In this document: positions 24,130 through 37,975 of the stretch, one piece after another
Layout of the letters: every line of letters starts with the position of its first letter
Position numbering within the stretch: the stretch's first letter is position 1
The notes under the pieces: model-generated
Seen by the model: the letters and a program-made list of their open reading frames with translations, nothing else
What the model was told of the DNA's origin: nothing
The model's database searches: none
Position numbers and translations under genes: made by a program
Assembly (NCBI RefSeq): GCF_006345805.1
Contig: NC_043003.1
Span: forward strand, 103,354,001 to 103,418,000
DNA length: 64,000 nt
Source: Octopus sinensis
Taxonomy: Eukaryota
Direction of reading: 5' to 3'

Positions 24130-24560
24130 TTATAAAAATTCACTTATTCCGCTGAGAGAGAGGTCATCCGAAAAGTCTATCTCACGAGACGTATAGTCCT
24201 GAAGCCCTCTGCTTTCGAAATCTATTTGTCTGGGATGCTTATGGGATGAGAAGTAGAGCTGAGGATAAGTTAAGAATATTAGAGTGCCCTTTTCTCCTTT
24301 TTTTAAGTTCACTCTCGAGAAATTTTCAGTCATGCAAAAGCAGCGGTCACTGCTATGATTTATAGTTTCTCTTCGTGACACATGCATTGCAAAGGGCATG
24401 CACTTCCGTAGGGCATTTATCCACATTTTAACCCTTTTTTGCAACAACCCACCAGCAACTACTGCTGCTCCTATTATGCAAACTCCCTCTTTTAAAGTGA
24501 TCTGAATTAAAACTGTTATATTCCAAATACCAACTAATAACGGCAAAGAAATTATAAGTT
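24130..24560 (-). pseudogene. Degenerate DNA transposase N-terminal fragment (CMC/Chapaev3-like)
   Basis: KMWINALRKCMPFAMHVSRRETINHSSDRCFCMT...TYPQL resembles the recalled motif WLxGxRKxMPFAxPMxWREPxxHxxDCYFC...YPNL; family name is from memory. Confidence 0.45.
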
Positions 24561-26045
24561 CTTCATTATTTTTTTATATAATTGAAAGAGAGGCAGTGCA
24601 GTTTAAGAAAGATATAGAAACAAAACGTTAAAGTGATCTAAACTAAAACTATCAAAGTTTCGTAGTAAATTGTTCCAACAACAAGCTTAATAATGACAAC
24701 GCTGTTTTACTAATTTCTTCAGGGCTGTTCAGCAGAAATATCGTATCACCAGAAACAAAAGCTGCAACAAACGTAGAGAAGGTGGATCTCTTATCTTGGT
24801 TGCTTATTTTTCAAGCAAAATATATTAAAGATAAGTTTACTTTGTTAAGGTAATTTTTAAATTTCGAGAATTAAGAATGAATTAATATTTATGCAGCTCC
24901 TAAGTGTTTTAAACAGACGAATATAGTTCTAACAAAATAATACAAAAATAACAGACGAAAGTGAGATCATACAACAATAGAATCATAGATTAATCACCTG
25001 TCAGTTCACATGAGTCGTAAATTATGTCTTAGAAGCCTACGGAATCATATATTGAGCTTATATGGATGATGTAACTTCTGTTGTTGTAGATTACGTCATA
25101 ATGTTTTATTGAAATGATTCAATACTTATAATGTACTAGCAAGACTTGTGACAATTCCATAGTGTAAGTCAGCATATTTGAAAACATTGTTATTATATTA
25201 AAAACAACCAAGGAATGTTTTTAATTCTTTTCAAATCCTGCCATTTAATCAAAACTGTACTTTCAAATATGATCGAAATAAACTCAGAAAGTATTGTTTG
25301 TTTTCCTTCTTTTAATATGTTAGACACACAAAGGATGTGCTTTACTGCCTGTCCCTATATCTTTTAATGCATTAATTTTAAAATCTTCATGAAATTTATA
25401 AATCTTCGACATTGTTTCAATGTATTAAACATTGCGACTGTGCCTGCGACTTGAACACACAAATGCAGAATAATAGAGACCTCATCCTCTTCCTCTCTCT
25501 CTCTCTCTATCTATCTATCTCTATCTCTCAGTCGATCTCTCTATCTCTCTCTCTCTCTCTCTTAATCTCCCCTCCTTCCCTTTTCTCCTTCTCTTTATAT
25601 ATATAGTTCTCCATTCGAGTTATTACCTCTTTTGTTGTAAGCGTAACACACGGACGAAACAGACAGTAACGCAGACACGCATTGAATAATAATGGCTGAT
25701 AAAGTCATGAAGAAAAGAGGTATAACTCTGTCACTAAAGTTAATGTCTGACTTTTATTATCAGCGACACAAACTTAGTAAAGATTGGTTGGTTTCGTCTC
25801 TGGTAAAAGAAAAGTTTTGGACTAGTGCAATAAGGCTCGCTTCAACACAAACAGAGCACATATCGATGCGTTTTAATTAAAGTACAAATCACAAAAGGAC
25901 TCGACAAATAACTATTGGTAATCATAAATAATTCAAGACTGCAATGTTAGTTTCTTGCGGGAAATAAAGCGGAATGGAAATTTTGATACACCACAATTGA
26001 AGAAAATGTGATTCATTGTACTTCATAGCTTTACAGTCTTATCGC

Positions 26046-26088
<43 letters not shown>

Positions 26089-26394
26089 GGAAGCTAGGCA
26101 GGCAGAACCCGAGTTAGAGAAACGGAGAAAAAGGGAGTATGAGTGTGTGCGTAGGTCCTGTGTAAATTCTCAAATGTATCGTGAGTGTATTTGCAAGGGT
26201 CTCATGAGTCAAGAAGGATAGTATATAAATATGTAATGTAAATGACATTCATTAAAATAATAGTTACATTCCCCAGGCATTATTGTTTTAATCAGATAAG
26301 CGCATTAAAAAAAATATTCACTTATTACTCACACTCACACACTCACACACTCACACACACACACACCACCACACACCACACAAACCACACACCT

Positions 26395-26625
26395 ATTTCT
26401 TTACTACCCACAAGGGGCTAAACACAGAGAAAACAAACAAGGACAGACAAACGGATTAAGTCGATTATATCGACCCCAGTGCGTAACTGGTACTTATTTG
26501 TCGACCCCGAAAGGATGAAAGGCAAAGTCAACCTCGGCGGAATTTGAACTCAGAACGCAGCGGTGGACGAAATACCACAAAGCATTTCGCCCGGTGTGCT
26601 AACGTTTCTGCCAGCTCGCCGCCTT
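26395..26625 (-). mobile_element. SINE family B
   Basis: Reverse complement of the family at 20083-20312. Confidence 0.85.
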
Positions 26626-26765
26626 ATTACTCACACACTCACACACACCACACACCACACAGCCCCACTCACACATATATGATCGACATATATATGTATG
26701 TGTGGGTAAATGAAATGTGTATCTGTGTGCATGAATATGTATGTATATGTATATATGCATGTATA

Positions 26766-27646
26766 CAGGGTGCGAGGAGTATTTGAGGACAGTTTCGGTA
26801 TACAATAAAACAACTATTTTTCAGCATAAATATATATTTGAATAAACATTTGCTCCATTAGTCTTGCTAATGATTTTTAAAGCAAATTATTCTATGAAAT
26901 CGCCTTCAGTTTCGACGACTGCTTCAATGCGGGACCGAAACCGCTGGCATGCTGACACTATGTGGTCCTTATTCATTTCGGACATCACCTGGACATTGCC
27001 GGCCTTCAGTGAAGCTTTGGTATTTTGAGGATGACGATTGGTCTCCCTTTCAACAGCGCTCCACACGTAGTAGTCCATGGGGTTCAAATCTGGCGAGTTT
27101 GGAGGCCCCATATTGGTTGTTACATAATCGTAAAAATTGTCTGACAACCATTCTTGGGTGACTGGGGCTTTGTAAGAAGGTACTGAGTCTTGCTGAAACA
27201 CATATGGCTTTCCATTGCATACTTCATCAATCCAGGGCTTGATAACAGTTTCCAGTACCTCAATGTATACAGCAGCATTAATTATTAAGACCCTGTGGAA
27301 AAAAGTGGGGAGGCATCACATGACCTTTGCTACTCACCACTCCAAAAACCATCACAGTTGCTGGAAATTTCGTGTGCATCACCTGTCATTTCTTCTGTTG
27401 GACTTTTGAACTTGGCCAAAGTATTTTTCGTCAGAGAAAATCCAAAGCATGCTTTGTTCATGAGGGTTTTTGCACTTTGCTAAGTAACCGTTTTGAACGG
27501 ACGAGACGGTTTTCCTGTGTCTTTGCAGACATGAATTAGCCTTTCCTCATTGCATGGGATTTGTATCGAATGTCATGATGTACCACAGTTCTGACTGTCT
27601 ACTCTGACACCCGAAGTTCTTTAGTAATGGTCTTCATTGATCTTCT
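26766..27646 (-). pseudogene. maT/DD37D-type transposon, 3' two-thirds with right TIR
   Basis: Translates WIFSDEK...NRRNDR...VMHTKFPATVMVFGVVSSKGHVMPP...PYVFQQD...PPNSPDLNPMDYYVW...ACQRFRSRIEAVVETEGDFIE*; ends at TA|CAGGGTG. Confidence 0.85.
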
Positions 27647-28838
27647 GGGGTAGGACCGCCTTTTGCAGTAATTAAAGCTTGAATTCTACGAGTTATGGAC
27701 TCATACAAAGTTTGAATTGTTTCCAAAGGAATATTTGTCCATTCTTCAGGTAAAACAGTTTCCAGTTCTTGTAGTGATGATGGTGGAGGATATCGACTCC
27801 TTACTTGTTTTTCTTAAATGCACCATAAACATTGAAGACTGTGGTGGCCAAATAAGATGTTCAACTTCACTAGAATGTTCCTAGTGCCATTCAGTAACAA
27901 CATTAACTGTGTGAATTGGTGTATCATCATCCTGAAAGATTGCCTTTCCCTCTGGAAACAGTTCCGCAACCATAGGATGAATTTGATCAGATAAAATGCT
28001 TAGTCTTGACTATTAATTCTGCCATGAAGAGAAACCATCGGGTTGGCGGATTTCCAAGATATAGCCCTCACCCCCAGATCATCACAGATCCTCCTCCATG
28101 CTTAACAGTTGGAAGAAGACAGTCTGGGTCAAATGCTTCTTTTGGCTATCTTCACACTCGGCCAGTGATCGGAAATAAAGTAAATGATGACTAGTCCGAG
28201 AAAATAACATTCTTCCATTGCTCTAGGGACTAATTCTGTAGGTTTTTACTCCAATCGAAACGCTTTGCAACGTTTGATTTTGAAAGTAGTGGTTTTCTGA
28301 TTGCAGCCCTCCCTTGATATCCGGCTCTGTGCGGCTCCCGGCGAACAGTTTTTGTGGAAAATGGATTCTTGAGGTGGTCATTAAGCTCTGCAGTAATTTT
28401 GGGAGCCGTACTTTTGTGATCCTTCCTAACAATTCGCGTAAGAGTCCAACAGTCCCTATCTGAAAGTTTTGGTTTTCTTCCGGAGAATTGTTTCGAGGAG
28501 AAGGTTTTTCCCTCTTTCTCAAAGGCTGTCATTACTTTCGAGACAGGACTTCTTGATACACCAAATATTTCGGCTGTTTTCGTTACGCTAGCGCCTGCCA
28601 TACGAGCATCAACAATTTAACCTCTTTGAAAGTCCGATAGATCTGTCATTTTCATGGATTTTAATTACCTTTTTCTGATGATATCTGAAAAGAAACAGCA
28701 ATTTTAGCAAAACGTATTAAGCAAAAATAATAATAAATCAAAAAACATAAAAATAAACAAGATTTTGACGGGTTTATATATATTTCGAAATTATGATGCT
28801 ATGATGCTAGGTGTTCCCATTATTTTGTCCAACCCCTG
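27647..28838 (-). pseudogene. Tc1 (DD34E-type) transposon with left TIR and decayed ORF (ATG at 28649); right end missing
   Basis: TA|CAGGGGTTGGACAAAATAATGGGAACACC, then MTDLSDFQRG*IVDARMAGASVTKTAEIFGVSR...SGRKPKL...NVIFSD...VKHGGGSVMIWG...IFQDD...WPPQS...RRIQALITAKGGPTP. Confidence 0.9.
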
Positions 28839-29324
28839 TATATATATATATATGTGTATGTGTGTGTGTATGTAGAGAGAGAGAGGGGGGAGAGGGGGAG
28901 ATCGGTTGGAATGTGTAACGTTCAATACATATGTATATATCTCTATAATTGTTTTGTGTATAGCTCTTACGTCTGTTAGTGTCAGGGTAGGTTAATCGCT
29001 GTGCTATTGACACTTATTGAGGCAGAAATATGTTGTCCTCTTCTCTCCATCAAAACAGACTTTCTTTAAAGACAAAATCAGTTATGGAGAATTCTTGAGT
29101 CATCATTTAGAGTCTCTAGTAATTCTTTATCGTCTCTCGAAACGAAGATAGTTTCAATAGATCGAGAATTTATCTTGTATAATAATTTAATGTATATTTA
29201 TTCGTCTTTGTTACTCAAATTTATGCCACTGACCATTCTGAGTTATTTTTATTTGCAGATTTTTATGAGTGTATATGTGTGGGTTTGTGTGAGGGTGTGC
29301 GTGTGTGCGTGCATAAATGGAAGA

Positions 29325-29580
29325 CGCGGGACCTAATGGTTAGGATGTTACTCTCAAGGTCGCTAGGTCATGGGTTCGATTCATGGACAGGGAGGCGTTT
29401 TGTATTCTTGAGCGAAACACTTCGTTTCACGCTGCTCCAGTCCACTCAGCTGATCAGGGGGAACGTCGGTCTGCTCGCCTAGCCAGCAGAGTGACGTCAT
29501 TCGAAAGCTAAAACAATGTGAAGCGCATTGTGACGGGCGATGTATAACAACGTATGATAGTCTGGTCGATACCGTGATAT
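29325..29580 (+). mobile_element. tRNA-headed SINE with CORE-like centre
   Basis: GCGGGACCTAATGGTTAGG...GGGTTCGATTC head, GCTCCAGTCCACTCAGCTG core; tail shared with 686-760. Confidence 0.7.
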
Positions 29581-29597
29581 ATATATATATTTATATA

Positions 29598-29810
29598 TAT
29601 GTGACCGCGTGTATACCGTTGGCGATTTTTTTCCTCCGTCTTCCCTTCTCTGGATCTTTCCTTTTCCTATGTTTCTTACGAAGAGCTCCGCTCAAAACGT
29701 TAAACCCTCCTTCTTTCCTTCTTTCCTGAGCGTCCAATAATACTATACTTCTTCCACGTCCTCGCGTTGTTGTTTTTTCTCTTTGTGTTTTCATGTTTGG
29801 ATTAACTATA
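29598..29810 (+). mobile_element. Short (TA)n-flanked element with a dead HHR (same family as 41620-41822)
   Basis: TTT CTTACGA A GAGC-TCC-GCTC AAA ACGT T AAA (G5U and G12A). Confidence 0.7.
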
Positions 29811-29812
29811 GA

Positions 29813-29850
<38 letters not shown>

Positions 29851-30018
29851 ATGTACGTATAGAGAGGGAAGAGTACGAAAAGAAACAACTCAATGTGGTC
29901 AAAGGCATGAACTTCTTATATGTGTGTGTGTGTGTATCTGTGTATGTATGTATATTTATTTATTATTTATATGTAGTTACAAGTTACATTCACTCATGTT
30001 AACATGATTTCGTTACAG

Positions 30019-30078
30019 AGCGACACTGGTGAAGACAATCTAATCGCGCTCCAGGCTTCTGTTGCTGATCCCTCTGAC
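30019..30078 (+). CDS. Internal small exon E, 60 nt, phase 0-0: SDTGEDNLIALQASVADPSD
   Basis: Acceptor atttcgttacag|, donor GAC|gtaagt; only frame 0 is open. Confidence 0.6.
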
Positions 30079-31169
30079 GTAAGTATAATCACGTGATACA
30101 AAAGGTGAAATAGGAAGTAGTGGAGAGATTGTATGAGGAGAGCGAAAAGATGAGATATTTATGTAATATAAAAAGAGCATGCATATGTATGTATATACAA
30201 GATCGTGGTATATAATATGTGAGAATTTTTGTTTATTTTACAAAAAAATATATATTTCTGAGACGACGTTATGTGTCTCAAGTGCTGCTGATTGAATTTT
30301 TATTCCGTTGTTTTATATTTGACAGTTCCGTGATGAAATCGTCTTTAAAATGTAGGATAACACTATTATGAAACGCATGCGCAAGGGGTGCCCTTAGCCT
30401 TGTGAATGAATATCTGACTGGCGTAAATTCTGAGGAAGTCATCTATCTATTTGTGCGTGTGTTTGCGTGCGTATTTGTGTGTCTGTGTATTGTGCTTGAG
30501 CGTATGTATGTGCGCATGTGTGTATTTCCAGAATATCCAGGTATTTCCAGGTTTGGATAATAGAGAAGAAAGTACGCAATAACGTGACAGTTTATTTAAG
30601 TGTTCATCCAATCAATTAAAAGCTTTTATTCTCCAACACCATACTCAGTGTTTCTCGTTTCCGTGAATGTATATAAAGTACAGAAACGGGGGTGGGGGAC
30701 TGGGGTCAATTTACTCAATTATACCCCTTTCTCTTCTCTGCACCAAAAGAAAATTTCAGTGTCTGATTGAATATATATGACTATATATTGAGAGCTATGT
30801 ATGCGTCCGTGGGGGTGGGGTAAACGCTAAGGTAAATATTTACTTTTACACCCGTCTACAAACTCTGATCGGCGGATTTTTGGAATAGCTATCACTACCT
30901 CATGGAGAAAGGAAAAGACAAGAAGGATTTGGGTGTTTGTTTTATTCTCTGAAAGAATTTCTTGTCCAAGCCATATAATCTTTTACATTTACCCCACCCC
31001 AATTCCATGCTCTTTTCCGGTAAATTTTTACTATTACCGTATTTTGCATTTAAAAAATTTACCTTGCGTCTTCCATAATGCTAGCTGAGACGTTGTTGCT
31101 GTGGTTTTCTGAAAACAACGGGTGGTTGGCAACGGTTACTATCGAGCCCCGGTATCTCGTAGGTCAGCG

Positions 31170-31228
<59 letters not shown>

Positions 31229-31265
31229 TGTGTATGACATATTTCTTTCAGTTTCCGTCTATCTA

Positions 31266-31390
31266 CAGGGTGTCCACAAAGTCTGGGTACATGGGGATTA
31301 ACACATAATTTAAGAAATTATTATTTCTTATATTTAATTCGTTGTTATGATTTTATTTACTCCATGTACCCAGACTTTGTGGACACCCTG
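31266..31390. mobile_element. 125-bp Tc1/mariner-type MITE inserted in a SINE A copy (about 31210-31540)
   Basis: Perfect 29-bp TIRs CAGGGTGTCCACAAAGTCTGGGTACATGG with a TA duplication. Confidence 0.92.
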
Positions 31391-32121
31391 TAGAGTGGAT
31401 TTCAGAATCCACTCACAAGGTTTTGGTCAGTCCGGTGCAATAGCAGAGGGAACCTGCCCAAGGTGCCCCACAGCGAGACTGAACCCAAGGTCACATGATT
31501 GGGAAGCATTTCTCTGAACTACACAGGCACGTCTGCGCCTGTATATAAAAGAATCTTTCACCTTGAATTACATTTACAAAATCAAGATGCGTCTTCCACG
31601 ATGCTGCGATTCCGCAAAATATGGTACACTCGTCTCACAAGACGGGTGTACTAATAAATATTTACTGCCAGTACCCTCGAGTATATGTGTTACTGTGTGC
31701 ATTAATAGTGTTAACGATAACGGAAGCTAGTTGTATAATTTCCTGCTTTTCTTAAAATTTTGCTTTCTTTGCTTCAATAAATTCGCTAATTGCAATTTTT
31801 ATATATTTTTGGAATTCTATTTTTAACCCTATTTTAACTGATTAAATTTTGTTTGTATATTTATGGATTATATTACATTTGTTTTGCTTTGTTTAATTAA
31901 TTATTTTTATTGTTTTGTTTCAAATATTGTTTTATTAATTCATTTATTTGTTTATCCATTTTTTAATTGTTTTTTTCTCTCTTTGTTCTTTTGCATTTCC
32001 ACATTCATGCTGCTTCTTATATCCGCTTCTTGTGACATCACTACATGCCATTTTCCATAAATATTAACATTATCATATTAAATTTCCCACAACTGTTTGA
32101 CACATACACACACAACACACA

Positions 32122-32161
<40 letters not shown>

Positions 32162-32280
32162 CACACACACACACACACACACGTATAATTATCTTAAACG
32201 TCTAAGAACATGATACCATCTCTACAAACCATTTTCCAAATATATTAGCATTGTCATGTTAAATAGTCAACAACTATTTG

Positions 32281-32319
<39 letters not shown>

Positions 32320-32331
32320 TTCATATGTAAA

Positions 32332-32362
<31 letters not shown>

Positions 32363-32493
32363 GATATATATATATATTCATATGTATATGTATATTATAT
32401 TATATATATATATATAGATATATATATATATTCATATGTATATGTATATTATATATATATATATAATATATATATATAATATATATATATAAT

Positions 32494-32529
<36 letters not shown>

Positions 32530-32679
32530 TTTACATTATATGTACGTGTATGTATATATGTATGTGTGTATGTATGTATATATGAATGTATGCAGGTATG
32601 TATGTTTTTGTGTATGTATGGTATATGTATGCAGGTATGTATGTGTGTGTGCATGTATGCATGCACGTATGTATATATG

Positions 32680-33010
32680 CATGGTCGGGTCGTCGGCGAC
32701 TAAACCGGCAACCCCACTAAGCTTGCTTGGTGAGGAGGGTGTTTATTGGACACCCTGCGGGATGAAAAACAAAACCCGTCAAAGGGCGGAGGAACTCTTG
32801 AGAGTCAAAGGCCATCCAATAAATGTCTTAAGGCTGTATTATGCACGGGGACATAGAAATAATCGGACTGAATACCCGATTGCACAGTTAAACCATTAGG
32901 AGTGAAGGACTCCTAGCCTTTGTCAGGGCATCCTTCTAGGAGAAGGCAACTCAGGTAACTGGGATAACTCCGACATAAGACCTGCGGCTCAGTGGTTACC
33001 GATGATGTTG
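32680..33010 (+). mobile_element. Probable RTE LINE 5' UTR fragment
   Basis: GC-richer island with GGGCATCCTTCTAGGAGAAGGCAACTC, resembling recalled RTE 5' UTRs; no ORF retained. Confidence 0.4.
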
Positions 33011-34149
33011 ACTTGTTCTTCTTTTCGGATTATGGCTGCTGTTGCTTAGTGAGTGGGATTGACTCAGTGCACAGCCTTTCCTCACTTTACAAAAAATCTT
33101 CTTGCACAGGCATAGCACGATAACAACATTGATTAAGTTTCGTGCAATGGCCATACTCGATAACGAGGGGGCAGCCACCATGTATGTATATAAATATATT
33201 TTACTGGTTGACGAATGTTTCAATTGCAAACGCACAGTGAGCATCGATCCAAACTCTAATGACCACTGAAAGAAAACGGTAAAGTATTCGCTAAATGAAG
33301 ACACCATTGCTACTTGCCTCAGTTCTTCACTTACTAATATACAGCAAAACAAGAGCAGGAGGTCTTTTTCCGATACACACACACACACACACACACACCA
33401 GCACTATCATTTTCTACAGTACCTTCCCATAATGCATTGCCGTTATCCTTTAATCAATTAACCAACAGTATGGCTTTATTATCTCTTTACAACTGTTTTA
33501 AAGCTTTTTGTTCTTAATATTGTTGTTGTTATTGATTTTTGTTTTTTCTTGTTGTTTTCTTTTGTTGTTGTTTTTGTTTCTTTGTTTTTTTTGCTTTATG
33601 TTTTCAGAAGTGCTGCCCACTCAATTTCGAACTCTTCACCCACGAATGCGGGCGAAGTGACAATTGCTTTGCTTATGTCACGCCGATTTCTTACTAATAT
33701 AAGGTCACTCTTTCGCTCTTTCCTTTTGTCTCCGATTCTTTATCTCTTTCTCTTTCCTTTTCGTTCTTTTACCGTCTGTCTTCCCCCCCCCTCTCTCTCT
33801 CTCTTGCTCTCTCTCTCTCTCTCTCGCTGTCTGCCTCTTCTCTTACTTACTCTCCCTAATTTCACTTTATATTTCCAAATAGTTGATCGAAATAGATATA
33901 GAAGTAAATACACCCAATAATTGTGCCTAGTCTAGGCAGAAAGCGACAAAACCGGAAAACAGATACCCACACGGGAAACAGACACAGAAGGTCACCAAAT
34001 CTTCTTCAATTTCGTGCCTTCAATGACAATATTGATCCCCTTCTGGTGATACCGACAGCACGATGCCGTTGGGGAATGGAGACCATCGAACAAGGGACCA
34101 AAACTGGTAGAAAATGAACAAACAAGAAATAAACAAATATGAAATACAA

Positions 34150-34800
34150 GTAATTCAAAATGAGACCATTATTGGCATTTCATCCGAATTTTACAATCCG
34201 ATTTCAAATTCCAACAAAGTCATCTTTGTCTTTCATCCTTTCGGAGTCGATAAAATAAGTACCAGTTGAATACTGGTGTCGATGTAATAGACTTCTCCCT
34301 TCCCTCAAAAACTGCTAGCCCTATGCCAAAATTTGAAATCATTATTGTGTCTGCTCTAAGTTATAATATTTTATGCCTAAGTGAAGGCGGGTAGCTGACA
34401 GAATTGTTAGCACGTTGCACAGAATGCTTTTCAGCAGGCAGAACCGTTAGCACTCAGGGTAAAATGCTTAGCGGCGTTTCGTCCGTCTTTACGTTCTGTG
34501 TTCAAGTTCCGCCGCGGTCGACTTTGACTTTTATCCTTTCATAGTCGATAAAATAAGTACCAGTTGAATACTGGAGTCGATCTAATCGATTTAACCCACT
34601 CCGAATATTTGGAACCAATATTTCTGCTAGTGATACTGCTGGAAGAAATAGTAGAGCATCTGATAAAATGCATTGCGATATATTGTTGCAACTCTTTACA
34701 TTCCAAATTCGAATTCTGCTTTGTCTTTCATCTTTTCAGGGTCGATAAATAAGTACCAGTACCCCGCCCCCACGAATTTGATGGTCCTGTGCCAAAATTT
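34150..34800 (+). mobile_element. Three diverged SINE family B copies in series
   Basis: Repeated TTTCATCCTTTC.GAGTCGATAAAATAAGTACCAG blocks. Confidence 0.7.
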
Positions 34801-35128
34801 TATAAATCAATCTCGGCATGGATGGTGTAGCAGTGTAGTAATAGTTGTACAGCGTATTGTGGAGATTGTGGTTGTGTTTAGTTGCAAAGTCGCTGAAGGT
34901 GATACTGTAGAAGCTACACTATCAATACAGTACAAGCACTAGTATTAATAATGCTAAGGTTTAATGCTTAGATCACTCACAATGCAATAAATGTAGCACG
35001 ACTGCACCAAAGTTCCTCTGCACTTGATAACCAATTAACATTGCACTGCTTCGCTGTTCTTCCATATGCATTTTCATTTCTTTCTTTTCTTTTTTTTTCA
35101 ATGTTACTTTCATTTTTAACCCCGTGGG

Positions 35129-35168
<40 letters not shown>

Positions 35169-36046
35169 GGGTGCAGCTTTGTTCTGTTCTTACTGATTGA
35201 CAGCTGATGTTTGTAGCCCCATAAACAACAGTTTGGCAAAAAGTATCCGACAGAATAACTACCCGACTTAAGTAAGTACTAGAATTCAATGGACCGACTA
35301 AACTCTTGCCCCAGCTTGGCCGCAGTCCAACGACTGCAACAACGGAAAGAATATAAGAATAAAAGAAATGTAATTTGGTTGCTAAGGAGCTAACAGTGGA
35401 AGATTCGTGCCTGGCAACTGAAATACTTCTTTCAATCAGATTAGATCATATAAGTTTCAATATTATCAAATTCCCGTGGTCTGATGTCATAATATATACA
35501 ATCCATGAATAGCCTCAGTTTAAAATTCACTGATGTTAACTTTAATAATAAATACGTCACAGCGATTATGCAATATACCATACAGCAAAAGACTGCACTA
35601 ATCTTGATTGTATATATAAAAAGAACATAACTACAAAGTGTCGTCTTGTCTCCTAAAATAATTCCATTCACTTCTAAGATGTATTATAGGAATTATAGAA
35701 CAACTGCTGTGTTTAAATATAGTACTGCACTAATCTAAAATGTGGTGGTGAAGTTATATACTTTATCTTTTTTAACCTTTAACATGCTGTACGCGCATCA
35801 TATCACCGTACGAGTTTTCTCCCCTCTCGATGCGACACAATGCGCCTGCGGTCACAGGGCGGTAACTCTTACGGCAACAGTCAGTTGGTATATCTTATAC
35901 GTTTGTCCACCTTCTCGCTTCTACACTCACTGTACGGACGCATCATCGAGAGTTAAACAAAATTTCCCATTCCACATTTTTTAATATAGGTATATTTCGT
36001 TTCGATCTACCGTTTCGCCGTTCTGTCCTAACATTTTCATTGATTA

Positions 36047-36087
<41 letters not shown>

Positions 36088-36090
<3 letters not shown>

Positions 36091-37975
36091 AACATGACAG
36101 ATCATCAATTACCAAATTCATAATCATTTCATGCTGTTGGTAGTAAAATTGGTACTAATGTACTTAATTGTAGTAAACTAAAAATTTTTAATTAAAATTA
36201 CGCCCCTAATGACGATAAACAATCATAAGCTTAAAGATAAAGTTTGGTGTAGAAAGGCGGGGGAGTACTCCAGAATTTGAATTAATTAAAAGTATAATGC
36301 AGTGATGGTTGAGTAGCGTAATAGTTAAAGTAATCGTAAGAGTTTTCATGTTATTCACAAAAACATGAAATAGACCATATTATTGCTAAAAACAAGAAAC
36401 CCAAAAGTCAATTAACTGCAACAAGTATCATGTGATAACCTATAAAGATGATTCGATATAAAATTGGTAAAATTTATGCAAGCTTAACGTGAATGTTCCA
36501 TTGGAACAAACTGTACTGCGCTTAGATATCACGAGAGAAACTTATATTGGCTTTTGGTGCAAAACTCATTCTTGTTCATATCACTGGTTGGGAGATAAAT
36601 CCCCACTATCTCCAGCGCCGAGACCACCAGATCACATAATTTCGACCTTCCTTGGTCTTGTCAATGACGGACACTCGACCGCTAGAGATAGCAGCAATTC
36701 GACCCTGCTAACGATATATAGAATAACTGTACCAGAACAGGCGCTTGTGTCGCGATTAGCCAGTATTAATACCGAGAGGTAATATTTATCCCCACTTAAA
36801 CGGGGCTGTTCTGTTAGAACATATTATACTGTGGTTGATACCACGTGGGAAACTCTCATATTGGCTTTTCCTGCAAAATGCACTTATTTACATCGCTTAT
36901 TTACATACCCCCATCGCTTATTTATATACCCGCCATCTTCAACGCTGAGATCACCAAATCATGTGATTTCGACCTTCCTTGGTCTTGTCAATGATGGATG
37001 CTTGTGTGTGTGTGTGTGTTGTGTGTGTGTGTGTACAACATGACAGATCATCAATTACCAAATTCATAATCATTTCATGCTGTTGGTAGTAAAATTGGTA
37101 CTAATGTACTTAATTGTAGTAAACTAAAAATTTTTAATTAAAATTACGCCCCTAATGACGATAAACAATCATAAGCTTAAAGATAAAGTTTGGTGTAGAA
37201 AGGCGGGGGAGTACTCCAGAATTTGAATTAATTAAAAGTATAATGCAGTGATGGTTGAGTAGCGTAATAGTTAAAGTAATCGTAAGAGTTTTCATGTTAT
37301 TCACAAAAACATGAAATAGACCATATTTATTGCTAAAAACAAGAAACCCAAAAGTCAATTAACTGCAACAAGTATCATGTGATAACCTATAAAGATGATT
37401 CGATATAAAATTGGTAAAATTTATGCAAGCTTAAACGTGAATGTTCCATTGGAACAAACTGTACTGCGCTTAGATATCACGAGAGAAACTTATATTGGCT
37501 TTTGGTGCAAAACTCATTCTTGTTCATATCACTGGTTGGGAGATAAATCCCCACTATCTCCAGCGCCGAGACCACCAGATCACATAATTTCGACCTTCCT
37601 TGGTCTTGTCAATGACGGACACTCGACCGCTAGAGATAGCAGCAATTCGACCCTGCTAACGATATATAGAATAACTGTACCAGAACAGGCGCTTGTGTCG
37701 CGATTAGCCAGTATTAATACCGAGAGGTAATATTTATCCCCACTTAAACGGGGCTGTTCTGTTAGAACATATTATACTGTGGTTGATACCACGTGGGAAA
37801 CTCTCATATTGGCTTTTCCTGCAAAATGCACTTATTTACATCGCTTATTTACATACCCGCCATCGCTTATTTATATACCCGCCATCTTCAACGCTGAGAT
37901 CACCAAATCATGTGATTTCGACCTTCCTTGGTCTTGTCAATGATGGATGCTTGTGTGTGTGTGTGTGTGTGTGTT
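36088..37975. repeat. Tandem duplication of a unit of about 947 bp with (GT)n junctions
   Basis: 36088-37033 and 37034-37975 are nearly identical, with 1-bp indels; duplicated ORFs at 36489 and 37395. Confidence 0.95.

Noticed and set aside
24723-24781. Segment with a branch-point-like TACTAAT and an acceptor
   Set aside because: 59 nt, stop in frame 0 and a weak donor; incompatible with the phase-0 series.
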